A stretch of DNA of 64,000 nt, taken from contig CP066686.1 of assembly GCA_016432365.1 (NCBI GenBank), positions 627,992 through 691,991 of the forward strand, read 5' to 3'. The notes beneath the pieces were generated by a model that made no database searches, was not told the DNA's origin, and worked only from the letters and a program-made list of their open reading frames with translations. Positions within the stretch are counted from its first letter, which is position 1; every line of letters begins with the position of its first letter. Source of the DNA: Candidatus Woesebacteria bacterium (GTDB lineage Bacteria; Patescibacteriota; Microgenomatia; UBA8517). This document shows positions 27,983 to 37,857 of the stretch, piece by piece. Position numbers and translations under genes: made by a program.

Positions 27983-28056
27983 TGGCCGGTAGCTCAGCCG
28001 TTTAGAGCACTCGACGCGAAATCGAGTTGTCGGAGGTTCAAATCCTTCCCGGCCAG
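27983..28056 (+). tRNA. tRNA-like gene 4 (74 nt). Well-formed cloverleaf with anticodon loop CGCGAAA, which is Ser-CGA-like but has G at position 33 and a class-I body. The 1-72 pair is U-A.
   Basis: Acceptor TGGCCGG/CCGGCCA, D-arm GCTC-AGCCGTTTA-GAGC, anticodon stem CTCGA/TCGAG, T-arm GGAGG-TTCAAAT-CCTTC. Confidence 0.5.
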
Positions 28057-28173
28057 CTTGCCAATTACCTACGTCCTCAGGATGGAGGGTAAGCGGCAGA
28101 TAGGTGCCATAGATACCGCCATGCCAAAGCAGATGCGGCAGGACAAGGTGTTTGTGGCACTTAGAAATTATCA

Positions 28174-28250
28174 GGGCAGGTTATCTGTCAAACATTATTC
28201 ACAAATAATTGTTTGATTTATAGACAGATACCTGCCCTTTTCGTTTTTTG
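28174..28250 (+). terminator. Long hairpin (GGGCAGGTTATCTGTC ... GACAGATACCTGCCC) followed by a T-rich run; terminator of the tRNA cluster
   Basis: 15-bp stem with a 33-nt loop holding a nested hairpin, followed by ttttcgttttttg. Confidence 0.55.
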
Positions 28251-28268
28251 TTAGGGTATAATTTAGTT

Positions 28269-28790
28269 ATGCTTATTTTAGGAATAGATCCCGGTACGGC
28301 TACAACCGGTTTCGGACTTGTTCGTTTAAACGGAAAAGGAAACGAAGTTGTTACATGGGGGCTTATTGAGACAAGCAAAACTCTTCTTAAAGAGCGCAGG
28401 CTAGACTTCATATTTGAGGAAACCGTAGCACTTATAAAAAAACATAAGCCAGATGTTTTTGTTTTCGAAAAAGTTTTTTTCTCCACCAATGCGAAAACTG
28501 TGATTGCCGTGGGCCAGGCCCAAGGTGTGATGTTGTTGGCGGCCAGTAAAACTAACGTTCATGTTGAGGAATACGCGCCGGGAACTATTAAAAAAATGAT
28601 TACAGGTTCGGGCCGTGCAAATAAAAAGGAAGTTCAGGAGCATGTTCGAAGGATATTGGGAAGTAGAGTTAAAAGCGAAGCTCATAAAAAAACTCATTTT
28701 GATAATGCAGCGGACGCTTTGGCAATAGCACTCACGCACGCGTTTAAATTAGGCGAAAACGAAAAGGAGGGGGTGACGAAAGTTGTTTAA
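28269..28790 (+). CDS. ruvC: Crossover junction endodeoxyribonuclease RuvC
   Basis: MLILGIDPGTATTGFGLV N-terminus and an RNase H-like fold. TATAAT at 28258-28263 upstream. Confidence 0.85.
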   Translation: MLILGIDPGTATTGFGLVRLNGKGNEVVTWGLIETSKTLLKERRLDFIFEETVALIKKHKPDVFVFEKVFFSTNAKTVIAVGQAQGVMLLAASKTNVHVEEYAPGTIKKMITGSGRANKKEVQEHVRRILGSRVKSEAHKKTHFDNAADALAIALTHAFKLGENEKEGVTKVV

Positions 28791-29028
28791 AGTAGGCAAA
28801 GTTACTCATTATTACGATAAATTGGGAGTTGCTATAGTGGAACTGGACGGAACACTTTCTGTTAACGACAAGGTCAAATTTATGCGGGATGGGGAAATGT
28901 TGTTCGAACAGAACGTCGATTCGATTCAGGTCGAGCATGAAAAAAAAGATACCGCAAACAAGGGGGACGTGGTCGGGTTAAAAACTCAAGATGTTGTTAA
29001 GGAGGGAGCTGACGTATACAAATTGTAA
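28783..29028 (+). CDS. Small beta-barrel protein resembling EF-Tu domain 2 (stand-alone translation-factor-like domain)
   Basis: Pattern GVAIVELDGTLSVNDKVKF ... VDSIQVEHEKKDTANKGDVVGLK matches the GTP_EFTU_D2 consensus. Confidence 0.45.
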   Translation: MFKVGKVTHYYDKLGVAIVELDGTLSVNDKVKFMRDGEMLFEQNVDSIQVEHEKKDTANKGDVVGLKTQDVVKEGADVYKL

Positions 29029-29047
29029 GATTTAGTTCCTCCTCGAA

Positions 29048-29500
29048 TTGAAAATTCGTGGTATCCTTGAAACTGCCATGAGGATGTTAAAAAGGAGGCG
29101 GAAGTCTTCAAAATCGGTTGAGTGGTTGGATGCTCCCGACATAGCAAAAAGGTCCCTTAAACTCATAACAGAGCTCAAGATGGATTGGATTTTATACGAG
29201 CGTCTATTTTTCTATCGTTCCACAGATTCAAAAGCCAGAGCCTATGCACGGACTTGGGGATTGCCTTCCCTTTGGCAGAGATCTCTTGGAGTTGAACCGG
29301 GATATATAATCGAGGTTTTATCAGAGCATTTTGATAAATTAGATAAAAAAAACCAGGATAAGGTTATTCTTCACGAGTTAACCCATATACCCCACAATTT
29401 TTCAGGGGCATTAGTCCCCCACACTCACCGAAAAAAGGGTAGTTTCCACAAAAAATTGGATGAATTGGTTGAACGTTATTTGGCAGACAAGAATCTTTAA
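29048..29500 (+). CDS. Putative small HExxH zinc-metallopeptidase-like protein (SprT/WLM-like)
   Basis: VILHELTHIPHNFSG motif; about 150 aa. Confidence 0.45.
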   Translation: MKIRGILETAMRMLKRRRKSSKSVEWLDAPDIAKRSLKLITELKMDWILYERLFFYRSTDSKARAYARTWGLPSLWQRSLGVEPGYIIEVLSEHFDKLDKKNQDKVILHELTHIPHNFSGALVPHTHRKKGSFHKKLDELVERYLADKNL

Positions 29501-29535
29501 AGATGAATTTTATATATTTTAAATAAATTTAAATT

Positions 29536-30210
29536 ATGAAAATTATTATTTTACACGGGGACGATGAGCGGAAATTGTATGCCCGTTTGCAAAAGTTTAT
29601 CGAGACGGCGCGGTCGCGAAGTTGGGAGGTCGATTATTTAGATGATGTATCAATTAAAATCCAAGAAGTCTTATCTTCTACTTCCCTTTTTACCGATGAA
29701 CGGTTTTTTGTTCTTCGGGATATAAAACGATTAGGGAAAAAAGAAGCTGAATGGTTAAATAAAAAATATGCCGAGCTTTCGGGAAATCTAATTATTTATC
29801 ATGAGGGTTATATTCCAAAAAATCTTCTTTCGTCCCTTCCCAAGGATGTCAAAATCGAGGAGTTTAAGTTGCCGGTTATCATCTGGACTTTTTTGGAACA
29901 TATCTATCCGGGAAACTCCAAACAGATTATTTCAGAATTTCATAAAATTATAGAACGGGACGCGCCTGAGTATATTTTTACTCTTATAGCTAAACTTTTC
30001 CGCGATTTATATTGGGCAAAAGTTGATCCTGCTTCCATGCCATATCCGGCATGGAAAATATCAAAACTCAAATTTCAAATATCAAAATTTACAGACGAAC
30101 AACTTAAATACTTGATTAAAAGAATGTCGGAAATTGATATTGAAGTTAAAACAAGTAAGAGCAATTTGATTGCTGCGCTTGACCTTTTGATAGTTAAGCA
30201 ATTAAAATGA
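29536..30210 (+). CDS. holA: DNA polymerase III delta subunit-like protein (short HolA)
   Basis: N-terminal pattern IIILHGDDERKLYARLQKF ... SLFTDERFFVLRD resembles the HolA N-domain. Confidence 0.5.
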   Translation: MKIIILHGDDERKLYARLQKFIETARSRSWEVDYLDDVSIKIQEVLSSTSLFTDERFFVLRDIKRLGKKEAEWLNKKYAELSGNLIIYHEGYIPKNLLSSLPKDVKIEEFKLPVIIWTFLEHIYPGNSKQIISEFHKIIERDAPEYIFTLIAKLFRDLYWAKVDPASMPYPAWKISKLKFQISKFTDEQLKYLIKRMSEIDIEVKTSKSNLIAALDLLIVKQLK

Positions 30211-30220
30211 ATGACATTTT

Positions 30221-31708
30221 ATGAAAGTATCCGAATCGATTTTCCGAGATTATGACATAAGGGGAATAGCGGGTGACAAATTCTCTGCAAAATCTTTGGC
30301 GGAATATGAAAAATGGTATGGTAAATTCCCGGGAATAACAATTACTCCAGAAGTTGGTAAAGCGATAGGTAAGGCTTACGGATCGTTGATTTCCCAAAAA
30401 GGCGGAAAAAAGATTGTTATTGGCTATGAGATGCGTCCCTACGGCGACGAACTCAAAAAACAATTTAGCGAGGGTGTAATGGAGGCCGGGATCGACGTTT
30501 ACGACATTGGGGTCTCTTTGTCTCCTCAAGTTTATTTTTCGATCCCCCACTATGATTTTGACGGCGGAGTTAGCGTGACCGGAAGTCATAACGTTTATTT
30601 CTTCAACGGATTTAAAATGATGGGTAAGAATGTATACCCGGTATATGAAGGCGAAATTCAAAAAATGAAAAAGATGATTCAAAGTGATGATTATGTTAAC
30701 GCTTCAAAAAAAGGCAATTATTATGAAAAGGATTCAAAAACAGATTATATGAATTATTTGGTTGAACATGGAAAAATCGAGAAAAAATTAAAAGTTGTAT
30801 TAGATTGCGGTAACGGCTCCGCCGGACTTTTTGCACCGGAAATTTTAAAGAGATTGGGGGTCGATTTGGTCGAATTATTTTCCGAGCCCGACACCTCTTT
30901 TCCAAACCACGTTCCCGACCCTGAAAATATAAAAGTCATGCAGGATTTAGGCAAAATTGTGGTCGAGAATAAGGCCGATATCGGAATTGCACTAGACGCT
31001 GATGGAGATAGATTTGGAATAGTAACAGAAAAAGGAGAAACCGTGTTTTCTGACAGGCTTCTATTAATAATTGCAAAGGATGTATTGTCCAGGAATCCGG
31101 GAAAGAAAATTTTATATGACGTTAAATGTTCAAGACTACTTGATAAACTAATTCCTGAATTTGGAGGAGTTCCTTTGATGCACAAAACCGGACACGCCCC
31201 AATTAAAGCAACTTTTAGAGACGACCCGGATGTGATATTCGGTGGAGAGATTTCTGGCCATTTTTATTGGGGAGAAGATTATTACAAAATTGATGACGGA
31301 GTTTTTAGTGCTGTTAAGTTTCTTTCTTTAATTTCGAGATCAAACCAGAAGGTGTCTGAAATTATTAATGAGTTGCCCAAAACTTCAATGACGCCTGAGA
31401 TAAAAATGCCGTGTGCCGATGAGGTTAAAACAAAAGTTGTTGAGGCCATCCGGGAAAAATTTTCAAAAGATTACAAAACGATTCAAATGGACGGAGTCCG
31501 CGTCTTGTTTTCCGAAACATCCTGGGCGTTAGTCAGGCAATCTAATACAAGTCCGTATTTAACAATACGGATGGAAGCAGATAGTGACGCAGAATTAATT
31601 AAAATCAAAAACATTATTGCCGACGAACTTGAAAAATATCCCGAGATTGGTGATAAATTGGACCGGGAAAATGTAACCTCTTATACAGGCAAGTTGGGTT
31701 GGAGATGA
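30221..31708 (+). CDS. Phosphoglucomutase/phosphomannomutase (alpha-D-phosphohexomutase)
   Basis: FRDYDIRG N-terminal motif and the active-site serine loop SVTGSHN. Confidence 0.85.
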   Translation: MKVSESIFRDYDIRGIAGDKFSAKSLAEYEKWYGKFPGITITPEVGKAIGKAYGSLISQKGGKKIVIGYEMRPYGDELKKQFSEGVMEAGIDVYDIGVSLSPQVYFSIPHYDFDGGVSVTGSHNVYFFNGFKMMGKNVYPVYEGEIQKMKKMIQSDDYVNASKKGNYYEKDSKTDYMNYLVEHGKIEKKLKVVLDCGNGSAGLFAPEILKRLGVDLVELFSEPDTSFPNHVPDPENIKVMQDLGKIVVENKADIGIALDADGDRFGIVTEKGETVFSDRLLLIIAKDVLSRNPGKKILYDVKCSRLLDKLIPEFGGVPLMHKTGHAPIKATFRDDPDVIFGGEISGHFYWGEDYYKIDDGVFSAVKFLSLISRSNQKVSEIINELPKTSMTPEIKMPCADEVKTKVVEAIREKFSKDYKTIQMDGVRVLFSETSWALVRQSNTSPYLTIRMEADSDAELIKIKNIIADELEKYPEIGDKLDRENVTSYTGKLGWR

Positions 31709-32484
31709 TAAATAAAGTTGATACAAAAAAGTACTTCGAAATAGCAGAAACTATTAGTGACAAAGTTGGTGATTATCTAATTGGCGAATTTGGTGACAAA
31801 AAGGAAATAAAGAGAAAAGAAGGAAATCATTTTGGGATAAACGAAGACTTAGTGGCGAATTCAATGTATGAGGACTTTTTAAAGGCCAAAACTCCCGATA
31901 TAGGACTTTACACAGAAGAAGGAGAAAGAAATCTTGAAAATTCGCTGACTTGGGTAATAGATCCAATTGAAGGGACTTCAAATTATTCTGTTGGTAATCC
32001 GCTTTTTGCGACACAAATAGGGCTTCTGTACAACAACGAGCCGCTAGTTTCTGTTGTAAACGCGCCGGCATTGAAACAAAAGTTTACTGCCCGATTAGAC
32101 GGTGGCACATTCTTAAATGGCAAATCTGTGCATCCGACACCCATAGATCGGATTGAGTTGGCGCTTGTTGACATGGGAAGAGGCAGGACAGATAGGGATA
32201 AAGACTGGTTCTGTGATGTCCTATCAAAAATTTCTAAAAAGGTGAGAACAACCAGATCGTATGGTTCTACGGGTTTGGGAATATGTTTTGCGGCTGCGGG
32301 AATAACCGATATTTATATAAATTCAGGAAGCCAGATTTATGATTACTTGCCTGGTTCGTTAATAGTAAGGGAGGCGGGAGGTGTTGTTTTAAATTTAGAA
32401 GGAGAAGTTTGGAAGGCAGGAGATTCCGGATTTTTGGCAACAAATAAAAAATTAATAGATGAAGTTTTTAAAATAATTGTATAG
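31699..32484 (+). CDS. Inositol monophosphatase family protein (IMPase/SuhB-like)
   Basis: WVIDPIEGTSNY motif and a metal-binding DPIEGT signature. Confidence 0.8.
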   Translation: MEMINKVDTKKYFEIAETISDKVGDYLIGEFGDKKEIKRKEGNHFGINEDLVANSMYEDFLKAKTPDIGLYTEEGERNLENSLTWVIDPIEGTSNYSVGNPLFATQIGLLYNNEPLVSVVNAPALKQKFTARLDGGTFLNGKSVHPTPIDRIELALVDMGRGRTDRDKDWFCDVLSKISKKVRTTRSYGSTGLGICFAAAGITDIYINSGSQIYDYLPGSLIVREAGGVVLNLEGEVWKAGDSGFLATNKKLIDEVFKIIV

Positions 32485-32496
32485 TTAGTAGATTGC

Positions 32497-33597
32497 ATGA
32501 ACATAAATAGACCTTACATAATAATTCCAAAGTTGATAATTCAGCCCACATGGGGAGGAACGTATATAGCCAAAATGAAAGGTTGGCAAAATTTACCGGT
32601 TCTTCAAGATAAAAAAATCGGACAGTCTTATGAACTTTTCAGTGGCACAAAACTGGCAACTTCCATTTTTGATACTTCCGATCCAAAATTTATACCCGAA
32701 ATTGGTTTTCCGGACTCGCCGGAAACCGTCAGAGACTCTTTCAATTTGGTTGAGGGGGCTGATTATATTCAGCTTGCAGACGAAAATATGCCACTTTTGA
32801 TTAAATTCACACAAGCCCTCGGAAATTCTTTCCAGCTTCACATAAAGCACGATGTGAGTGATGCAAGGTGGAAACCAAAAGCTGAGTCTTGGTATTATTT
32901 TGAGGATGGAAAATTAACGTTTGGAATTAAAAAAGGGGCTGATATCGACGAGTACAAAAAAATTTGCCTTGAGATTGATAAATTTATGCAAAATTTGAGT
33001 AGAGAAATTAAAGGGAAACAAAAATCTTTGGACGTGGGACGTGCCGAAGCTCACGAATTTATTTTAAATAAAAATCCCTGGCAATTTGTGAATGTATATG
33101 AAGTTAAAAAATATGAGATCGTTGACCCCTCGCTTGGGGGCATTCATCACTCGTGGGAAGAGGATAATGAAAAATACCCATTGGGCAATGTTCTCTACGA
33201 GATTCAAGAAGATGTTATGGATCCAATAAGCACCATTCGTGCTTTCGATCAAGGAAAAATCAAGGATGACGGATCGATCCGTGAATTAAACATCGATGAC
33301 TATTTTAAATATTTAGATAAGACTGAGGAAAACAATAATATTGATCGAAACCGGACTTTATCCAATTCGGTTTATGCGATGGAGGTTTTGAATATTGATA
33401 AAAACGTAAGTTTAAATACAAATGGCCATTTTCACCACCTTTTTGTACGTGACGGCAGTGTCGAGATTCAATCAAATGCAGTTAACCTAAAAGTTGGACA
33501 GGGCCATTCTGTTTTTGTCCCGAAAGAGTTGGGGGATTATAATATTTTGTCGGGATCTGATGAAACTTGCGTACTAAAAACTGTTTCGAGTAAATAA
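32497..33597 (+). CDS. manA: Mannose-6-phosphate isomerase, class I-like
   Basis: N-terminal QPTWGGTYIAKMKG...IGQSYELFS and C-terminal GHSVFVPKELG resemble type-I PMI motifs. Confidence 0.5.
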   Translation: MNINRPYIIIPKLIIQPTWGGTYIAKMKGWQNLPVLQDKKIGQSYELFSGTKLATSIFDTSDPKFIPEIGFPDSPETVRDSFNLVEGADYIQLADENMPLLIKFTQALGNSFQLHIKHDVSDARWKPKAESWYYFEDGKLTFGIKKGADIDEYKKICLEIDKFMQNLSREIKGKQKSLDVGRAEAHEFILNKNPWQFVNVYEVKKYEIVDPSLGGIHHSWEEDNEKYPLGNVLYEIQEDVMDPISTIRAFDQGKIKDDGSIRELNIDDYFKYLDKTEENNNIDRNRTLSNSVYAMEVLNIDKNVSLNTNGHFHHLFVRDGSVEIQSNAVNLKVGQGHSVFVPKELGDYNILSGSDETCVLKTVSSK

Positions 33598-33653
33598 ACT
33601 GCTACGCACTTCTGTGTGTAGATTTTGTCGCCAAGTAAGGAAAATGCAATAAT

Positions 33654-34253
33654 ATGGATTTTAAATTTGTCGGCAAACACTTTGCACAAAAAACTTTTGA
33701 GCAGATGAAAGAAGTATTGATGGATCCAAAAGCCAACGCGCCGGAAATATTTTATTATATGGTTCGTGGCGGAATCGATCAAAGAAATATTACAGTTTGG
33801 GAACCTGGAAAAGTTGGAGGAGAATATATAAAATCTTACGGTCATTATCACATAGGCGATTTAAACGAGACTTATTGGATACTTTTTGGTGAAGGTGTTG
33901 CGTTGTTACAAAAAACGAAATTGAACAATGACGGAAAGATTGTTCCAGATGAGGCATTAGAATTCAGAGCCATAAAAGTTAAAGCGGGAGATATTGTTAA
34001 GATTCCAAAAGGTTTCGGGCATGTATTTGTCAACACCGGCCGGACATTTTTTGTAACAGCCGATGATACCGATGTTCTTTTTGACGATGAGACGCCACAG
34101 AAATATCCCGGTCATACCGACTATGAGGCTGTTAAAAAAATGCAAGGCTTTGCGTATTATGTGATTGAAGAAAATGATTTGCCGGCTTTAAAGAAGAATA
34201 AAAATTATAAAAGTATTTTAAAAACAGATTTTGGTGGGCTACCTGTTTTGTAG
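33654..34253 (+). CDS. pgiA: Cupin-type glucose-6-phosphate isomerase (archaeal-type PGI)
   Basis: TVWEPGKVGGEYIKSYGHYH motif, equivalent to TxxYPGKVGxExxxTKGHxH of Pyrococcus/Thermococcus cupin PGIs. About 200 aa. Confidence 0.55.
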   Translation: MDFKFVGKHFAQKTFEQMKEVLMDPKANAPEIFYYMVRGGIDQRNITVWEPGKVGGEYIKSYGHYHIGDLNETYWILFGEGVALLQKTKLNNDGKIVPDEALEFRAIKVKAGDIVKIPKGFGHVFVNTGRTFFVTADDTDVLFDDETPQKYPGHTDYEAVKKMQGFAYYVIEENDLPALKKNKNYKSILKTDFGGLPVL

Positions 34254-34298
34254 ATACCCTCTTTACCTTTTAACTTTTACCTTTTAATATATATTTGT

Positions 34299-36578
34299 AT
34301 GGTTACTCTGCCAATAATTAAGTTCTTCAAGGATATCGATAAACATGACACACCTCTGGTTGGCGGCAAAGGTGCCAACCTTGGTGAAATGACAAAGGCC
34401 GGTTTTCCGGTTCCAAATGGGTTTGCAATTACAATTAATGCCTATGATGCCTTTTTGGCTGAAAACGAAATTGCCAAGAAAATTTATGAGATTCTGAGCG
34501 TTACGGACGTAAATGATCCGATTCAGCTTGGTGATGCCTCTGCCAGAATTCAAAAGATGGTGATCAACGGGAAATTTCCCGACGATGTTTCAAGGGAAAT
34601 AATTTCTTCGTATAAGAAACTTTCGGGAGTTTTTAAGAAAGCGTTGGTGGCGGTTAGATCTTCCGCTACAGCAGAGGATTCCGGAGATACGTCTTTTGCC
34701 GGGCAACAGGCAAGTTTTTTGAACGTTCAGGGTGATGCCAATCTTCTTGTTAATGTGCGTGAGTGTTGGGCATCTCTTTTTACACCCAGGTCTATTTTTT
34801 ACCGTGTAGAAAATAAAATTAAGCATGAAAGTGTAAAAATTTCTGTGATAGTTATGAAAATGGTTCAGAGTGAGGTAAGCGGCGTTATGTTCTCCATAGA
34901 TCCTGTTAAAAATGACAAAGAAAGGATTCTAATTGAATCGGTTTGGGGTCTTGGGGAAATGATAGTTCAAGGTTCAGTTGTTCCCGATAATTATGTTGTT
35001 CAAAAGGGAACGTTTGCGATACTTTCAAAAGAAATTTCCGATCAAAGTGTTCAACTGTCCAAAGAGGGAGGGAAAACGATTGAAAGGGAAGTTCCTGTTA
35101 AACTACGTGACAAGCAAAAAATTACAGATGCGGAGATAATACAGCTGGCAAAATATGTAGACCAACTTCAGAAACATTATTATTTTCCCCAGGATTGTGA
35201 GTGGGCCAAAGAAAAAGGGAAGCTATACATTGTTCAGACCAGGCCAATTACCACTATTTCTGCGGTAGGGAAAAGTGAGGCAAAGGAGCTTAAAACACAA
35301 AAGGGCGTAGATTTTGTTAAAACTACAGAAATACCGATTGTTACGGGTGCTGCGGCTTCCCCGGGACTTGGAACCGGCCCTGTCAAAATTCTTAGAAGTC
35401 CAAAGGAGATTGGCAAAGTCCAAAAAGGAGATGTTTTGGTAGCCCCCATGACTTCTCCTGATTATGTTCCCGCTATGAAAAAAGCTGCAGCGATTGTAAC
35501 CGACGAAGGCGGTCAAACTTCCCACGCGGCTATAGTTTCCCGTGAACTTGGAATTCCTTGTGTGGTCGGTACAAAGGACGGGACCTCAAAACTAAAAGAA
35601 GGGTCAATTGTCACCGTTGACGGGGCCTTGGGTCAAGTTTTCGTCGGAGCAAAAACAGTTAAGCAAGAGGCGGCGATTAAACTCAAAGAAAAAATTGTTA
35701 AAACAAAGACTGCTACCAAAATTTATGTAAATTTGGCTGAACCGGAACGCGCTCAGGAAATCGCAAAACAGTATGTAGACGGGGTAGGGCTTTTACGAGC
35801 TGAATTTATGATTGCCAATATCGGAGTCCATCCCAAGCAGGCTATTGCCGATAAAAAGCAGGATATATTTATCGATAAGTTAGCTGACGATTTAACTACT
35901 TTTTGTAAGGCTTTCTATCCCAGACCTGTTACCTACAGAGCAACTGATTTTAAAACAAACGAATATAGAAGTCTAAAAGGGGGTGCGGCCTGGGAGCCGG
36001 TAGAACCAAACCCAATGCTTGGGTTTCGTGGAGCGTTTCGTTATGTATCCAGTCCCGAAGTGTTTAATTTAGAACTTGCGGCTATTAGAAGAGTCCGTGA
36101 GAAATATGACAATTTACATTTGATGATTCCTTTTGTAAGATCTCCTGAGGAGCTTGCGAAGGTAAGAAGGCTGGTTGCAACCGAAGGACTTTTTGAAAAG
36201 ACCTCTTTCAAATTTTGGATGATGGTTGAAATCCCTGTCAACGTTATTCAAATTGAAGATTTTATTAATGTGGGAATTGACGGTGTTTCTATCGGCAGCA
36301 ACGACTTAACTATGCTTATGCAGGGGACTGACCGTGATAATTCAGAAGTTGCACAGGAGTTTAATGAAAGGTCGCCTGCAGTTTTATGGGCTCTTAAACG
36401 GGTTATAACTAAATGCAATGCGGCAGGGGTTACAAGTTCCATTTGCGGACAGGCGCCAAGCGAATACGAGGATTTGGTTAAAAAATTGGTAAGATGGGGA
36501 ATAACAAGCCTTTCGATTAACCCCGATTCCATAAACAGAGTTAGAGGTGTGGTTGCAGAAGCAGAGAAGGAAATATAG
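34299..36578 (+). CDS. ppsA: Phosphoenolpyruvate synthase (pyruvate, water dikinase)
   Basis: ATP-grasp N-domain, phospho-His domain GGQTSHAAIVSRELGIPCVVG, and a C-terminal PEP-utilising TIM barrel. Length 759 aa. Confidence 0.85.
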   Translation: MVTLPIIKFFKDIDKHDTPLVGGKGANLGEMTKAGFPVPNGFAITINAYDAFLAENEIAKKIYEILSVTDVNDPIQLGDASARIQKMVINGKFPDDVSREIISSYKKLSGVFKKALVAVRSSATAEDSGDTSFAGQQASFLNVQGDANLLVNVRECWASLFTPRSIFYRVENKIKHESVKISVIVMKMVQSEVSGVMFSIDPVKNDKERILIESVWGLGEMIVQGSVVPDNYVVQKGTFAILSKEISDQSVQLSKEGGKTIEREVPVKLRDKQKITDAEIIQLAKYVDQLQKHYYFPQDCEWAKEKGKLYIVQTRPITTISAVGKSEAKELKTQKGVDFVKTTEIPIVTGAAASPGLGTGPVKILRSPKEIGKVQKGDVLVAPMTSPDYVPAMKKAAAIVTDEGGQTSHAAIVSRELGIPCVVGTKDGTSKLKEGSIVTVDGALGQVFVGAKTVKQEAAIKLKEKIVKTKTATKIYVNLAEPERAQEIAKQYVDGVGLLRAEFMIANIGVHPKQAIADKKQDIFIDKLADDLTTFCKAFYPRPVTYRATDFKTNEYRSLKGGAAWEPVEPNPMLGFRGAFRYVSSPEVFNLELAAIRRVREKYDNLHLMIPFVRSPEELAKVRRLVATEGLFEKTSFKFWMMVEIPVNVIQIEDFINVGIDGVSIGSNDLTMLMQGTDRDNSEVAQEFNERSPAVLWALKRVITKCNAAGVTSSICGQAPSEYEDLVKKLVRWGITSLSINPDSINRVRGVVAEAEKEI

Positions 36579-36586
36579 TAAATAAT

Positions 36587-37855
36587 ATGGCAAAAATATC
36601 TAAAGTTTGGGCAAGAGAAATATTAGACAGCCGCGGTGTTCCCACGGTCGAAACCGCTTGTATGCTCGATAATGGGATTGTTACTGTGTCAGCTGTGCCC
36701 GCCGGTACTTCTACAGGTACACACGAGGCCTTGGAGCTAAGGGATACGGACAATCCGAGGTATCTGGGCCAAGGAGTTTTGAAATCAGTTGAAAATGTAA
36801 ATTCGGTTTTGGGGCAGGCGATTCTTGGGATGGATCCCACTGACCAATTTGGAATTGACAAACGTTTAATTGAAATTGACGGTACGGAGAATAAAAGTAA
36901 ATACGGTGCAAATGCCATTCTTTCGATCTCACAGAGTGTTGCAAAAGCAGGAGCGGCCGCAATGGGGCAACAGTTGTATGCTTGGATTTTTGCACTTGCT
37001 TCGAAGGGTGGAATAACCAAGAGTGTAAAAATGCCAATCCCCCTTTTTAATATGATTAACGGAGGTCTCCATGGAGCCGGGAATCTGGATTTTCAGGAAT
37101 TTTGGTGTATTCCGGCCAGCAATAAAACTTTTATCGAAGGGTTGCAGATTGGGGCTGAGGTTTATTTAAGCATCGGTGAAAATCTGGCCAGGCGGGGAGC
37201 AATCCATTCGGTAGGCCATGAAGGCGGATATGCCCCAAATCTTTTTACGAACGCGGATGCATTCGAAGTGTTTGTTGAATCGATTAAACAAACAAAATAT
37301 TCGTTGGGCCGAGATGTTTTTCTGGGACTTGATGTAGCAGCTAACTCTTTTTATAAGGGTGGAGAATATGTTATTAAAGACAGAAGCAGTGGAATGGACG
37401 ACAACCAACTTTTGGAATATTACAAAGGTCTATACGATCAATATAAATTGGCAATTTTGGAGGATGCTTACCAGGAAGACGGTTGGGATAGTTGGAAAAA
37501 ACTTTTTTCAGAGATGGGAAGCTCGATGGTGGTCATGGGAGACGATTTGCTGGTGACAAATCCAAAGAGAGTTCAAAAAGCAATCGATGAAAAGGCGTGC
37601 AATGGAGCTGTCATTAAACCAAACCAAATCGGCACAATTACGGAAACCTTAAATGTTGTAAAAATGGTACGCGATGCAGGCTGGAAAGTTTTAGTTTCGC
37701 ATAGAAGTGGTGAAACAAACGACAGTTTTATTGCTGATTTCGCTGTCGGCGTTGCCGCTGACTATGCCAAGTTTGGCGCACCAGCAAGGGGTGAGCGTGT
37801 GGCAAAATATAACCGTCTGTCTGCAATTGAAATAGAACTTTCGAGAATCAAATAG
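36587..37855 (+). CDS. eno: Enolase
   Basis: N-terminus ISKVWAREILDSRGVPTVE and the KPNQIGT motif. Confidence 0.95.
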   Translation: MAKISKVWAREILDSRGVPTVETACMLDNGIVTVSAVPAGTSTGTHEALELRDTDNPRYLGQGVLKSVENVNSVLGQAILGMDPTDQFGIDKRLIEIDGTENKSKYGANAILSISQSVAKAGAAAMGQQLYAWIFALASKGGITKSVKMPIPLFNMINGGLHGAGNLDFQEFWCIPASNKTFIEGLQIGAEVYLSIGENLARRGAIHSVGHEGGYAPNLFTNADAFEVFVESIKQTKYSLGRDVFLGLDVAANSFYKGGEYVIKDRSSGMDDNQLLEYYKGLYDQYKLAILEDAYQEDGWDSWKKLFSEMGSSMVVMGDDLLVTNPKRVQKAIDEKACNGAVIKPNQIGTITETLNVVKMVRDAGWKVLVSHRSGETNDSFIADFAVGVAADYAKFGAPARGERVAKYNRLSAIEIELSRIK

Positions 37856-37857
37856 AA

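Noticed and set aside
27497-28216. ORFs 27497-27739 (+), 27523-27735 (-) and 27953-28216 (+)
   Set aside because: They run through the tRNA-like genes, their spacers or the terminator hairpin. No ribosome-binding site is present, and the compositions are tRNA-like.
877-37037. Numerous antisense or shadow ORFs inside large genes (for example 877-1098, 1298-1855, 7091-7378, 23584-23982, 24851-25417, 30754-31185, 35223-35525, 36541-37020, 48071-48382)
   Set aside because: They are embedded in confidently identified genes on the opposite strand, or in another frame, and show no motifs.
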